Below are positions 27,651 through 38,877 of a stretch of DNA of 64,000 nt, piece by piece (within the stretch, counting starts at the first letter, position 1; the number at the start of each line of letters is the position of its first letter). The position numbers were made by a program, and so were the translations under genes. The stretch is from positions 32,573 through 96,572 of the forward strand of contig CAIYVX010000039.1 of NCBI GenBank assembly GCA_903929765.1. Reading direction: 5' to 3'. This DNA comes from an uncultured Planctomycetia bacterium. GTDB lineage: Bacteria > Planctomycetota > Phycisphaerae > FEN-1346 > JAACEH01. Under the pieces are notes generated by a model. The model did no database searches and was not told the origin of the DNA. It was given only the letters and a program-made list of their open reading frames with translations.

Positions 27651-28682
27651 TTACGCCTCGGGCACGGTCTTGCGCCACTCGTTGAACCAGTCGCGGCGCT
27701 CGCGGAGCATGGCGGGAATCTCCAGGTGGTACGGACAGCGCTTCACGCATTCGTGGCAATCGAGGCAACTTTCGACCTTGTCGGTGTAGCGGCTGCCGAG
27801 ACGCAGGGAGAGGTCGAGGGGCATGCGCCGGACGATGCTTTTGATCCGCAGAACCATGGCGATGGCGATTTCCTGCGGACAGGGCTGACAATAGCCGCAG
27901 GCGCGGCAAAAAACCTTCCCGACTTCCTCGCGAATCTTCGCCATGCGCTGCCGCTGCTCCTCGGTCGGGGCGAGCGGCGCATTGAAAAGTTCGACGACCT
28001 GCCGCAGTTCCTCGGGCTTTTCGAGGCCGGGAATCGGAACGACCGTGGGGAATTGCTGGAGATAGCGAATAGCCAGTTCGCCGTCCTCGATGGCCCCGCC
28101 GGCGAAGGGTTTCATGCCGATGAAGCCCATGTTGCGGCGGGCGCACTCGGCGACGAGAAACTCCGCTTCGTTGCCGACGAAGTTGATCTGAGCCTGGAGC
28201 GTCTCGAACTTGCCTGAGGCGACCAGTTCAGCGGCCAGTTCGCTGTTGTGACAGGTGACGCCGATGTGCCGGGCGCAGCCCTCGTCCCGCAACTTGAGCG
28301 CCGCCTCATAGGCCCCGCCGGGCGCCATCACGGCCTCCAACTGCGGCCGGTCGCTCAGGTTGTGGAACTGGATGATATCGACGTAATCGGTGCCGAGCCG
28401 CTCAAGGCTTTCCAGGACGTGCTTGCGGAACATCGCCCCATCGGACGAGCCGTCCTTGGTGGCGATGACGAAGCGCGAACGGTCCAGACCCTTGAGGCCC
28501 CGGCCCATCCGCTCCTCGCTCCCCGGATAGCCCCAGGCGGTATCGAAAAAGTTGATCCCGGCATCGAAGGCGGCGCGAACCAACTGTGCCGCCGCGTCTT
28601 CCGCCAGCCGCGTAATCGGTATCCCGCCAAAGCCGACGGCGCTTACCGTGAGGCCCGTGGCCCCGAGAGTAGTGGTTTTCAT
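27651..28682 (-). CDS. Aldo/keto reductase fused to a C-terminal 4Fe-4S ferredoxin-like domain
   Basis: AKR core (INFFDTAWGYPGSEE...IATKDG) plus CRACGYCQPCPQ and CLDCHECVKRCP cysteine clusters. Start set at MKTTTLGATGL. Confidence 0.8.
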   Translation of the reverse strand: MKTTTLGATGLTVSAVGFGGIPITRLAEDAAAQLVRAAFDAGINFFDTAWGYPGSEERMGRGLKGLDRSRFVIATKDGSSDGAMFRKHVLESLERLGTDYVDIIQFHNLSDRPQLEAVMAPGGAYEAALKLRDEGCARHIGVTCHNSELAAELVASGKFETLQAQINFVGNEAEFLVAECARRNMGFIGMKPFAGGAIEDGELAIRYLQQFPTVVPIPGLEKPEELRQVVELFNAPLAPTEEQRQRMAKIREEVGKVFCRACGYCQPCPQEIAIAMVLRIKSIVRRMPLDLSLRLGSRYTDKVESCLDCHECVKRCPYHLEIPAMLRERRDWFNEWRKTVPEA

Positions 28683-28861
28683 GGGGGCCAAGATACCACG
28701 GTGTGGGCAAAAGTCAAATCGGCCGTCGAACACTGCTGGCTCCGGCCGACTCAGGAACTCTCAAGGACCGACCTCCGAGGCCCGAAGGGCCGGAAGTGTT
28801 TAGCCGGGGGCGCTGCCGCGAGGTTGTTTTCGCGGCGAGCCCCCGGTACGAGACAACCACC

Positions 28862-29554
28862 CTAACGACTGCCACCCGGCGAAAGTCCTTTGTACAACTC
28901 GAGACCCGCCTTGGTCAGCGTTCCCAGAAGCACGAAATCACCCTCGTCGAATCCTATGGCAATGCCGAGTGACTCTGATCTCCCCAAAATGATTGCGGGT
29001 TCAAGCTGCCTCAACGTGTCGCGTACGGCCAACGTGGCATATGCTAGACAGAGCGGGTACTCGGCATCGTTTCCCAGCGATTCGGATTGATCGCCAGTCC
29101 GCCGATAGGCAATCCGGTAGATCCCCGCCAGCACCTCAGATTCGGCGTCCGGCGCATCTGGCAACCAACTCGGCCCAGTCGCCCAACTATTGTTATGGGG
29201 GTCGGCGACAAAGCGTTCGGCCCCGCAGACATACATGTCCGAGGCAACCTCGTTGCCGCGACACGGGTTGAAAATACCGAACCACAAGCCCTTCAATGGC
29301 GTTTCCGGTGAGTAGTGGCTGAATGTTCGCCGCAGCCAAGCTACGACCGGGGTCAAATCAGAGTAAGGAAGCGATCTCAGGCTAGCCCAGTCCGGATGCG
29401 GTCTCGCAGCCTCAAGTCGGTCTATGAGGGAATTCATCGACTCAGCCACGGTCCGGTCGCGGCCCAGTTCCTCAACGGCCCACCCGTACGACGTAGCAAG
29501 ATCAATGCCCATGAATTCGCTCCCACACCTAATACGTGTCTCCTCCGACATCAC
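28862..29554 (-). CDS. Hypothetical protein (low-GC island)
   Basis: 230-aa ORF of about 57% GC embedded in ~68% GC flanks. No recognizable motif. Confidence 0.45.
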   Translation of the reverse strand: MMSEETRIRCGSEFMGIDLATSYGWAVEELGRDRTVAESMNSLIDRLEAARPHPDWASLRSLPYSDLTPVVAWLRRTFSHYSPETPLKGLWFGIFNPCRGNEVASDMYVCGAERFVADPHNNSWATGPSWLPDAPDAESEVLAGIYRIAYRRTGDQSESLGNDAEYPLCLAYATLAVRDTLRQLEPAIILGRSESLGIAIGFDEGDFVLLGTLTKAGLELYKGLSPGGSR

Positions 29555-29561
29555 TCTGCCC

Positions 29562-30725
29562 TTACCGCACCCCCATCAACACCTCGTTCACAATCTGGTC
29601 GATCCTCTCATACGGCAGCGGCCGCACGGCCATTTTGTCGGGCCGATAGGCGTGACCGCGCAGCTTGGCGGCGTTGGCGGCGGTGTATTGGCCGAGGGCG
29701 GCGGCCAGCGGGCCTTTCTGGGCGACCAGCGGGCCGAGCAACTGGCGATATTCCCGGTCGGAGTTCAGGGCGTCGACCTTCTCGATGAGCATCCGCCACG
29801 AGCACATGCAGCGGTCGACGAAGTCCCACGGCTCGATCTCGGTGCGGAAGGGATGGGCATCGACGGCGACGGTGCCCGCGTAGGCATAATCTTTCAGCAG
29901 TTTGCAAACGAAGAAAATCTCTTTCAGACCGTCGGCCCCGATCGACATGTCCTGGTCGAAGCGGCCGACCTTCTGGCCGTTCATATGAACGTCGAAAAGT
30001 TTGCCGACTTCCAGGGCCTGGGCGTACTCGTGATAGGGATTCAGGCCGGCCATCTTGACGTGGGCGAACTCGGGATTCGTGCCGACCATGAACGGATGTT
30101 CCAGCGTCTCGATAAAAGCCAAGGCGTGGCCGGTGGTCGGCAGGTACATGTCGCCGCGCGGCTCATTGGGCTTCGGCTCGATGCTCAGTAGAATCGGGTA
30201 GCGGCGGTCGATGATGTACTCGCAGAGAAAGTTCACGCACTCGCGCAGGTGCTGGAGGGCATCTACCGGATCCTTAGCCCCATCGACCTCCGCCCCCTCG
30301 CGGCCGCCCCAAAGGAGGACGACCCGCGTGTCGAGGTCCGCCGCCAGGTCGAGGAGGTTCATGGCCTTCTGCACGGCAAAGGCCCGGACTTCCGGGTCGT
30401 GGCTGGTGAAGGCCCCGTCGCGAAAAACGGGGTGGGTGAACAGGTTGGTCGTCCCGGCGGTGGCCCGGATGCCGGTGGACTTCATGATGCGTTTCAATTC
30501 CGCGACGATCTTCCGCGCTTCGCCCGCCGTGGCGTCGAAAGGAATCAGGTCGTTATCGTGATACTCGAAGCCGTAGGCCCCGTGCTTGGCCAGCCCCCGC
30601 ACGGCCTCCAGCCCCGTGATCGCCGGGCGCGTTTCCACGCCGAACGGGTCGCGGCCACGGTTCATCACGCACCAGACCCCGAACGCAAATTTGTCGCTCT
30701 TCCTCGGCTTGTAGCTCTTAGCCAT
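29562..30725 (-). CDS. xylA: Xylose isomerase (class I, short form)
   Basis: 387 aa: FAFGVWCV...FEYHDNDLIPF...LFTHPVFRDGAFTSHDPEVRAFA...LWGGREG...EPKPNEPRGD. Typical class-I XylA. Confidence 0.92.
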   Translation of the reverse strand: MAKSYKPRKSDKFAFGVWCVMNRGRDPFGVETRPAITGLEAVRGLAKHGAYGFEYHDNDLIPFDATAGEARKIVAELKRIMKSTGIRATAGTTNLFTHPVFRDGAFTSHDPEVRAFAVQKAMNLLDLAADLDTRVVLLWGGREGAEVDGAKDPVDALQHLRECVNFLCEYIIDRRYPILLSIEPKPNEPRGDMYLPTTGHALAFIETLEHPFMVGTNPEFAHVKMAGLNPYHEYAQALEVGKLFDVHMNGQKVGRFDQDMSIGADGLKEIFFVCKLLKDYAYAGTVAVDAHPFRTEIEPWDFVDRCMCSWRMLIEKVDALNSDREYRQLLGPLVAQKGPLAAALGQYTAANAAKLRGHAYRPDKMAVRPLPYERIDQIVNEVLMGVR

Positions 30726-30753
30726 GCTTGGTCCTCTCTATTATTGTAATTTT

Positions 30754-31653
30754 CTATCTTGGCAAAGACGAGATTTTTTTGATCGACAACGCCAGATCGG
30801 CGTGGGTCACGGACTTGCCCAGCGGCACCATCAGATAGCGGCCCAACTGGTTGTCGCTGTAGAGAATAATGTGCCGCGAGTTGGGAATTTTGTAGCCCAT
30901 CTGAGCCGGCTGATGGCCGACAATGAGAATTTCGCTGCCGACGTGCTCGGCGAAAATCCGGGCGGCCATCTCGTCCTGGTTCCGCCCCCAGAGAAAACTA
31001 TAAAGCCCGCCCTCGTAACTGAAATCCTCGTCGGTCAGCTCGCGGTCCAGCAGGGCGTACTCGAAATCGGACAGGGCGTCCAGGTGCGGCGTCGAATGGC
31101 TGATCCAGACCCCGTTATAGGTCTTCAGGGCCAGCGGCAAGGCCCGGAACAAGGCGCAATAGGCGGCTTTGACCTCGGCGGCATGAGGACCGTAGGCGTG
31201 GGCCAGCCCTTCCGCAAAAAGCTGGGTCAGGTTATCGACGCCCTTGGTCAACTGGATGTTGAGCATTTCGGCGACGTCGTGGTTGGCCAGGAGCATGTGT
31301 ACCTGTTCGGGGAATTCGGTCTTCAGGCGGGCGGCGTCCTCGAGCAACTCAAAGGACCGGCAGCCGCCCTGGTCGTCGGTCGGACCGCCGTGCACGATTT
31401 CCTGAAGGACCAGGTGGCGTTCGGGGTTGCGGCCGAGGTCGGCGAACTTGACGATCCGCTCGTAATTTTCGCGGCAGCCGTGGAGGTCGCCGGTGACGAG
31501 CACCTCGCCGCGGCGCGGCAAATGGACGACGTTGCCGCGGCGCTTGGCATCGCGCCGGGACAGGATGGCCGCGCGGTGCACCGTGTCGAGCACCTCGGCG
31601 TAATTACGGTCCGGTGCCGCGTCGGTGCTCAGATCCCAGTCCTCGTGAGACAA
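30754..31653 (-). CDS. Metallophosphoesterase (PPP-type Ser/Thr phosphatase-like)
   Basis: GDLHG and (G/A)NHD/E metal-binding motifs: VLVTGDLHGC, LLANHDVAEM. Confidence 0.75.
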   Translation of the reverse strand: MSHEDWDLSTDAAPDRNYAEVLDTVHRAAILSRRDAKRRGNVVHLPRRGEVLVTGDLHGCRENYERIVKFADLGRNPERHLVLQEIVHGGPTDDQGGCRSFELLEDAARLKTEFPEQVHMLLANHDVAEMLNIQLTKGVDNLTQLFAEGLAHAYGPHAAEVKAAYCALFRALPLALKTYNGVWISHSTPHLDALSDFEYALLDRELTDEDFSYEGGLYSFLWGRNQDEMAARIFAEHVGSEILIVGHQPAQMGYKIPNSRHIILYSDNQLGRYLMVPLGKSVTHADLALSIKKISSLPR

Positions 31654-31730
31654 ACTCGCTTCTCCTTCTGCGTCCGCCTTGCGGAATTATCCAACTGTCC
31701 CGCCCCGGGATTATCACAAAACATTTCCGG

Positions 31731-32414
31731 TCAACTGTTCGGGCCGACACGAGAAAAATCGCTCAGCCGCCGCAAATACTGGCTAGCCGAAAAGCGCGGC
31801 CCAGGACAATTCACGGTCTCCACTTCCCGGTGCAACAGCACATGCTCCGCCGGAATCCTGAACCGTCCCTGCAGCGCCGCCGTCAGTTTGACCAGCGTGT
31901 CCATCTGGGCGGCGGTCGGGTCGGCCTTGGCAAAATCGCCGATCAGGGCGATCTGAATCCCGTCCGGCACCCTGGCCCGCGCCCCTGGCGACCAGGCCGA
32001 TTGTTGCCGCACCCAAAGCCCCGTGGCCTCGATCTGGCCGTCGGCCAGGCCGGCGCTGCCGCCGCCGATGACAAAGTGATATCCGCCGCGCTCGGCCGAC
32101 CCCGCCGCTCCGGCCGGATCGTACGAGGTGGTCTGATGAATCACCACATAAGCCCACGGCCGCAGCGGCGCCAGGCCCGGCGCATAAATGGCCGCCGCAG
32201 GATTCCTGATGCGCGAATCGCCCGGCTTCTGCGCCGCCCGTTCGCACTGGGCCACCACCCACATCGACAAGCCGGCCGCCGCCGACATCGTCACCACCAG
32301 AATGCCCAGCACCTTGACCATGCGGGCCAGGTTCATCTTGTCCGGCTTTTTGTCGCTCGCGCCAGCGCTTTCGGCCCCGCTCGGCGGTTTACCCATCAGG
32401 GGAATGTTCGGCAT
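31731..32414 (-). CDS. Amidase_2/PGRP-domain protein, membrane-anchored (third paralog)
   Basis: VVIHQTTSYDPAG...GYHFVIGGGS...IALIGDF. The ORF-track start at 32504 overlaps tRNA-Arg on the opposite strand, so the start is moved to Met at 32414. TM helix VKVLGILVVTMSAAAGLSMWVV. Confidence 0.6.
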   Translation of the reverse strand: MPNIPLMGKPPSGAESAGASDKKPDKMNLARMVKVLGILVVTMSAAAGLSMWVVAQCERAAQKPGDSRIRNPAAAIYAPGLAPLRPWAYVVIHQTTSYDPAGAAGSAERGGYHFVIGGGSAGLADGQIEATGLWVRQQSAWSPGARARVPDGIQIALIGDFAKADPTAAQMDTLVKLTAALQGRFRIPAEHVLLHREVETVNCPGPRFSASQYLRRLSDFSRVGPNS

Positions 32415-32477
32415 GTCGTTCTCCGCGCCGCCGTTGCCTCTTGAAAAACCCGTGCCTTCGGCTATCCTTGAGGCCTT

Positions 32478-32550
<73 letters not shown>

Positions 32551-32692
32551 CATTAACTTCAACCGTGCGCCCGGAAAAGGCCGAGGGACTGCGCTTTCCT
32601 TTTTCGGCATTTCCGGGGGCATTCTAGGAGTTTTTCCGGTCCACGGCAAGCATTTAGAGGCGTCACTTGAAAATCGAAATTCTCGCTCCTTA

Positions 32693-32745
32693 CAGTGGCA
32701 CGGGCATCTTGCCCGTGAGTGCCAGGGGCATCTTGCCACTGGTCT
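32693..32745. repeat. Family-I double hairpin (CAGTGGCACGGGCATCTTGCCCGTG-AGTGCC-AGGGGCATCTTGCC)
   Basis: Copies at 33481-33533, an inverted copy at 41073-41125, and a half-copy inside the dinG CDS at 41934-41960. Confidence 0.8.
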
Positions 32746-32785
32746 TTGGCTGTTTCTAAAAACGTTAATGCAAAAGAGGTCTCAC

Positions 32786-33430
32786 TTGAAAATCGAAATT
32801 CTCGCCATCGGTGCGTTCGACGCCAACTGCTATCTCCTGATCGCCGAAGACGGCCGCCAGGCGATCCTCATCGACGCCCCGGACCCGATTGAACCGATGA
32901 TCGATCTGGCGGCGCGACTCGGCGTGGTTCCCGAACTTCTCGTCCACACCCACGGCCACGTCGATCACATGGCCGGCAACGAAGCCCTGAAGCGCCGCTG
33001 GCCCAACCTGAAGATCGCCATCCACGAGGCCGATGCGGCCATGCTCGAATCGCCGCAGTGGAATCTTTCGGCCCTTTTCGGCGAAGGCGCCACCAGTCCC
33101 CCGGCCGACCGCCTGCTCAAGGACGGCGACAAAATTTCTCTCGGCGACGAAACCCTCGAAGTTCTCCACACCCCCGGCCACACCGCCGGCTGCATCTGCC
33201 TTTACCTGGCCCGCCCAAAAAACTCCGGGCCGCCGCTGGTCATCACCGGCGACACCCTCTTCTCCGCCAGCATCGGCCGCACCGACTTTCCCGGCGGCAA
33301 CTCCCAACAACTCCTGCGCAGCATACGCACTAAGCTCCTCTCCCTGCCCGACGAGACCATCTGCTATCCCGGCCACGGCCCCCCGACCACCATCGGCCGC
33401 GAGCGCCGGGAAAATCCGTTTCTTTTGTAG
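32786..33430 (+). CDS. MBL-fold metallo-hydrolase (glyoxalase II-like)
   Basis: HTHGHVDHMAGN and HTPGHTAGCI motifs. Likely TTG start at 32786, preceded by AGAGG RBS (KIEILAIG...). Confidence 0.85.
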   Translation: MKIEILAIGAFDANCYLLIAEDGRQAILIDAPDPIEPMIDLAARLGVVPELLVHTHGHVDHMAGNEALKRRWPNLKIAIHEADAAMLESPQWNLSALFGEGATSPPADRLLKDGDKISLGDETLEVLHTPGHTAGCICLYLARPKNSGPPLVITGDTLFSASIGRTDFPGGNSQQLLRSIRTKLLSLPDETICYPGHGPPTTIGRERRENPFLL

Positions 33431-33480
33431 GGACAGGGTTCTACCCTGTCCGGCAGTTTCTTTTGCCGTTGATGTTTCAC

Positions 33481-33645
33481 CGTGGCACGGGCGTCCCGCC
33501 CGTGAGTCGCAGGGGCATCTTACCCCTGTGCCGTCGCCGTTTCTTCTTCACCCCTCCCCCTTGAGGGGGGAGGGTAGGGTGAGGGTGTTGCTTCTTTTTA
33601 TGAAGCCCCCAGCACTGCTGGGGGATGCTGTTTCTTCTTCTCAGC
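33481..33645. repeat. Array: I2, A11 (33549-33588), C4 (33601-33645)
   Basis: See families I, A and C. Confidence 0.75.
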
Positions 33646-33792
33646 CGCGTCGCGGCGTCTGGAAGTAGCCACGCGGCGCAAGCCCGTGGTCCCCGAACGC
33701 GAGAAATAATTTTTTTTCTTCTTTTTCTTCTTCTTTTGAAGCCCCCAGCACTGCTGGGGGACACCGTTTCTTCTATTTTTCATTGCAGGGCC

Positions 33793-36276
33793 TCAACGTT
33801 TTTCACCTTCTGCCTGAAACTGCCCCGTATCGCAGAGATCCCCAAACCGCCTCACCACCAGGTCATAGGCGCTCGCCACGGTGCCGTACGCCGTCCCCGG
33901 ATTGTTCATGTACACCCGACGTCCGCCATCCCGAGTCAGGTGCAAGTATTCATACTCTGTGCCGTCCATAACACCCGTATCGTCCAATCGCGGCATGTCT
34001 TCGAACTTTTCCACAGAGAGCAGTTCCCGCAGCGACTTCAATTCCTCGACCGTCAATTCCCGCGACTCGGCCTTGTCTTCCCTCCGCTCTAAAGAAAGTC
34101 GGCGCTGGTGACCTTTGATCCGGATAATCCATCGCCAATGCTGAGCCATCCCGCCGCCGCTTGACAGAGCGATAATCTCTTCCGGCCCGTCGGGACGCAG
34201 CACCTCTTTCCGCAACGCTTCTTCATCCTTGTCAAACCAGTGATATACACGGCCGCTTTCACCGAGAATCTTCGCTTCGCCGGGATGCCGAGCCAGGATG
34301 ATTCTGCGGGCCTCGGCGCTGTCCTCGCTTTCCAAGTACCGCTCCACCCCAAAAGCCAATAACGAGTCGTCTTGTTTCAGCAACCCGGCCAAGTCGGCCA
34401 CCGGCAACTTGGCCCTAATAAGCCGGGCGCAGGCCAACATCATCAACTGGGCCGGACGGTCTTGGCCCTGGATCAGACCCCGTGCCACCGCCCCGTCGCC
34501 CAGGATCGCCGCCGCTACGCCCGCTCGCTCTCCACCGGCGCTGACCAACTCGCTCCATTCTTTCGCCTCGTTCTTGCCCATGCGACGGGAGTGCCAAAGG
34601 GCCTCCAGAATGAACTGCTTCTCGACCGACTTCTTCAGCCGGGCCACGATATAGCGGTCAACGGCCGCGGCCCTGGAGCGAGAAAGTATCTCCGACAGAG
34701 CCTCCGCCACCTTCGGTTCCGTCGCTTGCAACGCCTCGGCTCGGGCCACGAGCAGTTCTGCCAGCGGCTCACGATCCATTTCGGATCGCGGCAGAATTTG
34801 CCCCATATACGCTTCCGACGAAAACTTGGAGTAATCGGGGGCGTCTCCCTGCGCCCATTTCGAATCGGACGCCATCGCCCGCGCGCACGCCTCCACGCTC
34901 CTTGCCATTTCCTGATCGCTCAATGCGCCGCAGGCCGCCATGGCTTCTACCAACGAATAGCCCTGGTCATAGCAGCCGGTCTTCTTGAACACTTCCTTGA
35001 GGTCCGGTCCGGCCTCTTTGGCCTGATAGTGCGTCAGGGCCGCGACCGCCACGGCCCGTTCCGAACCGCTTCTATTCCGCAACACCCACAACAGCCCCGA
35101 AACGCTCTCAGGCAAGTCCAACTGAGCAAGTCGCCGGATCAACGATTCCAGCCCGCCGCGCGTCGAGGACCATTCCGGGTCCGTGAGCCACGGCAGCAGC
35201 GGCTTGAGGGCGTCCTTGCGGACGTCTTCGTCGCGAAACTGGAGCAGGCACGTCACCGCGTTATCGCGAACAGTTTGGTTCTTGCCGGCCAACAGTCCCG
35301 CCACTAGTGGAATCCAGTAATCTGCATCTCGCTTCACCACCTCCGCCAAGGGGTCAAAACGCTCGGTGTAATAGACGGGGCCTTTATAGAGACGACCGTT
35401 CTCGCTGCAATCCACCAACGTCGGGTCGCCAAAAAGCGAAAGGAACCACTGGTCGCGCTTATCCCAGGGCAACTCGGTAATCGCTTCGAGGGCTGATACG
35501 CGGGCCAGGGGCAGAGCCTTACGGTCCTCGACCACAGCTCGCAACCGAGTCCTGAACGACTCCGCCGCAACGGCTTCACCCGCTCGCGCATAGTGCCTGT
35601 AGAGTTGACCAAGGGCAAAGGTCGCAACATGCGGCTCCGACTCCTCTGCCTTCTTCTTCAACAGCGGTTCAGCGGCTGACCAGTCCAGCCGAGCCAACCC
35701 CTCCGCCGCCTCATCTCCGACCATGTAGTCCCCGTTATCGGTAAGGCCTTGAGCCGCGCGGAGCAGGTCGTCGCGGAAGTATCGGCTGCTGGTCATCAGC
35801 CAATCGTGAAGCGAATCTCGAAGCCTCGCCTCCGTCCCAGGCAGAGGAGGCAATTTGTCGAAGACCGATTTCATCCTGTCGCAGGTCTCGGTCGTCGGAG
35901 TAAACCAACAACCCACTGCGAACCATCGCTGCGGCCTCTGAATCACGGCCTCCTGGAGTCGCGCGCGGACCTTCTCGCTAGGCGTCAAAACATGCCTGCC
36001 GTCCGGTAACCGGAATCTATATACTTCGCTTGAACCCCAGTACGCCATGAGCACGTCGAGGGCGGCATCGTCCGCCGGAACCATGGCCCGCAAGTTGGCC
36101 CTTGCCGCCACCAGAGAGATAGGACCAGGAAACCCCACGGCGTCTTGCCAACTTGCGACAGGCGCCGACATTTCCAGCAATTGCTGGACCGCTGACTGGT
36201 CGGAGCGGGGAGGCTCGGCAGCGAGGACCATCCCCGCAATCAACAAGGTCAGACCCATCGCCGCCGCGATTCTCAT
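33793..36276 (-). CDS. Large secreted hypothetical protein (alpha-helical repeat rich)
   Basis: Signal peptide MRIAAAMGLTLLIAGMVLAA and about 830 aa of GC3-biased coding. No recognizable family. Confidence 0.55.
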   Translation of the reverse strand: MRIAAAMGLTLLIAGMVLAAEPPRSDQSAVQQLLEMSAPVASWQDAVGFPGPISLVAARANLRAMVPADDAALDVLMAYWGSSEVYRFRLPDGRHVLTPSEKVRARLQEAVIQRPQRWFAVGCWFTPTTETCDRMKSVFDKLPPLPGTEARLRDSLHDWLMTSSRYFRDDLLRAAQGLTDNGDYMVGDEAAEGLARLDWSAAEPLLKKKAEESEPHVATFALGQLYRHYARAGEAVAAESFRTRLRAVVEDRKALPLARVSALEAITELPWDKRDQWFLSLFGDPTLVDCSENGRLYKGPVYYTERFDPLAEVVKRDADYWIPLVAGLLAGKNQTVRDNAVTCLLQFRDEDVRKDALKPLLPWLTDPEWSSTRGGLESLIRRLAQLDLPESVSGLLWVLRNRSGSERAVAVAALTHYQAKEAGPDLKEVFKKTGCYDQGYSLVEAMAACGALSDQEMARSVEACARAMASDSKWAQGDAPDYSKFSSEAYMGQILPRSEMDREPLAELLVARAEALQATEPKVAEALSEILSRSRAAAVDRYIVARLKKSVEKQFILEALWHSRRMGKNEAKEWSELVSAGGERAGVAAAILGDGAVARGLIQGQDRPAQLMMLACARLIRAKLPVADLAGLLKQDDSLLAFGVERYLESEDSAEARRIILARHPGEAKILGESGRVYHWFDKDEEALRKEVLRPDGPEEIIALSSGGGMAQHWRWIIRIKGHQRRLSLERREDKAESRELTVEELKSLRELLSVEKFEDMPRLDDTGVMDGTEYEYLHLTRDGGRRVYMNNPGTAYGTVASAYDLVVRRFGDLCDTGQFQAEGEKR

Positions 36277-36705
36277 GTATCGACTCCTCAGACTGACAGG
36301 CTCCCTCATGCATAAAAACGCAAGAACAGAGCAAGAAGTTTCTGGAAAACTGGATTTCGGAAATTTCTGGGATGGAAATTAAGAAACGGAGCAACAACAA
36401 CTAACCCCCATCGCATATATTATAGTATGCTAAAAAATCTTTCAAACGCCTCCAGCCAATTTCCCATAAGGAAATTGCCGACTACCTTAATTTCCCTCAA
36501 GGATAGATCCTGCCTCCAAGCCCCCTCGTCCCGGCTCGCCAAAACCACCGCCATTTCGTTCCTAACCTCTTTCCCAGAAAGATTTTATCGGCGCGCCGGC
36601 CTCTCGCCCCAGGCCCGGCCCATGCCGACTCGCGAAAAAACCCAGAATCTATACAAAATCTAAAACGTGGATAAACCCAAGTGTATCAAAACGGCCGCAA
36701 AAACC

Positions 36706-38079
<1,374 letters not shown>

Positions 38080-38253
38080 TCTCTCTCTTATCTGTCACGC
38101 TTTACTTCGGTTGACGAATGGCCATAGTGACGAGCAGGGCGAGCCACAAGGCGTAAACGGTTGCGGCGACGAGAAACGGGCGGCGCGAAACGGGCGGCGG
38201 AGTTTTTTGGTTCTCGCGCATCGGAACTTTGTCCTGTGGCGAGAGGTGGGTTG

Positions 38254-38445
38254 GCCTCAACCCCTCACCCGGCACTTCGTGCCACCCTCTCCCAAGGGAG
38301 AGGGGTGAAGAAACAGCAACTGCCAGACGAACGGTTTCTCTTCATGGCCCGTCTTCGCCGGACCATGCCACCCACCGTCAAGGGTTGGGCTGAGAAAAAC
38401 ACAACACCCTCACCCTACCCTCTCCCGTCAAGGGAGAGGGGTGAA
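38254..38445. repeat. Array: A12 (inverted), B5 (inverted, 38322-38385), A13
   Basis: Inverted orientation of the A/B composite. Confidence 0.75.
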
Positions 38446-38459
38446 ACAGCAAACGACCG

Positions 38460-38864
38460 TCACGGCTTGGCCAGCGAAATCCTGAAGGACCGGTCAAAGG
38501 CTTCCTCGAAGTCGAAGACATCGTGAAAATCGGCCTGGGAATCGTTGTCGTTGCGGCGCAGGAGTTCGACCTCGATCATGGCGTAAACGATGGCGCCGAT
38601 ATCGTCGGTGCGGCGGATGTTCCAGGATTCGAGGACCGTGCGGGCCAGGTAGCCGAAACGTTCGACGGCGAATTGTCGGACGCCGGCGCACAATTCCTGG
38701 CCGGAGACGTGGCCGGCCCGTTTCTGGAGCCGCACGGTGTAGGCCAGGGCCTCGTTGACAAACTCGTAGGCTTCTCGCGGATAGCGGGGCTGGCGGGTCA
38801 GGAGGTCGCGCAGGCGGTCCTCGCCGCTGGGAGCATTAGCCTTGGTTTCATCAGGTGCACTCAT
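38460..38864 (-). CDS. Conserved hypothetical protein
   Basis: 134-aa GC3-biased ORF immediately downstream of the PSP1-domain gene. No motif recognized. Confidence 0.5.
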   Translation of the reverse strand: MSAPDETKANAPSGEDRLRDLLTRQPRYPREAYEFVNEALAYTVRLQKRAGHVSGQELCAGVRQFAVERFGYLARTVLESWNIRRTDDIGAIVYAMIEVELLRRNDNDSQADFHDVFDFEEAFDRSFRISLAKP

Positions 38865-38877
38865 GGCCTAATCTTTC

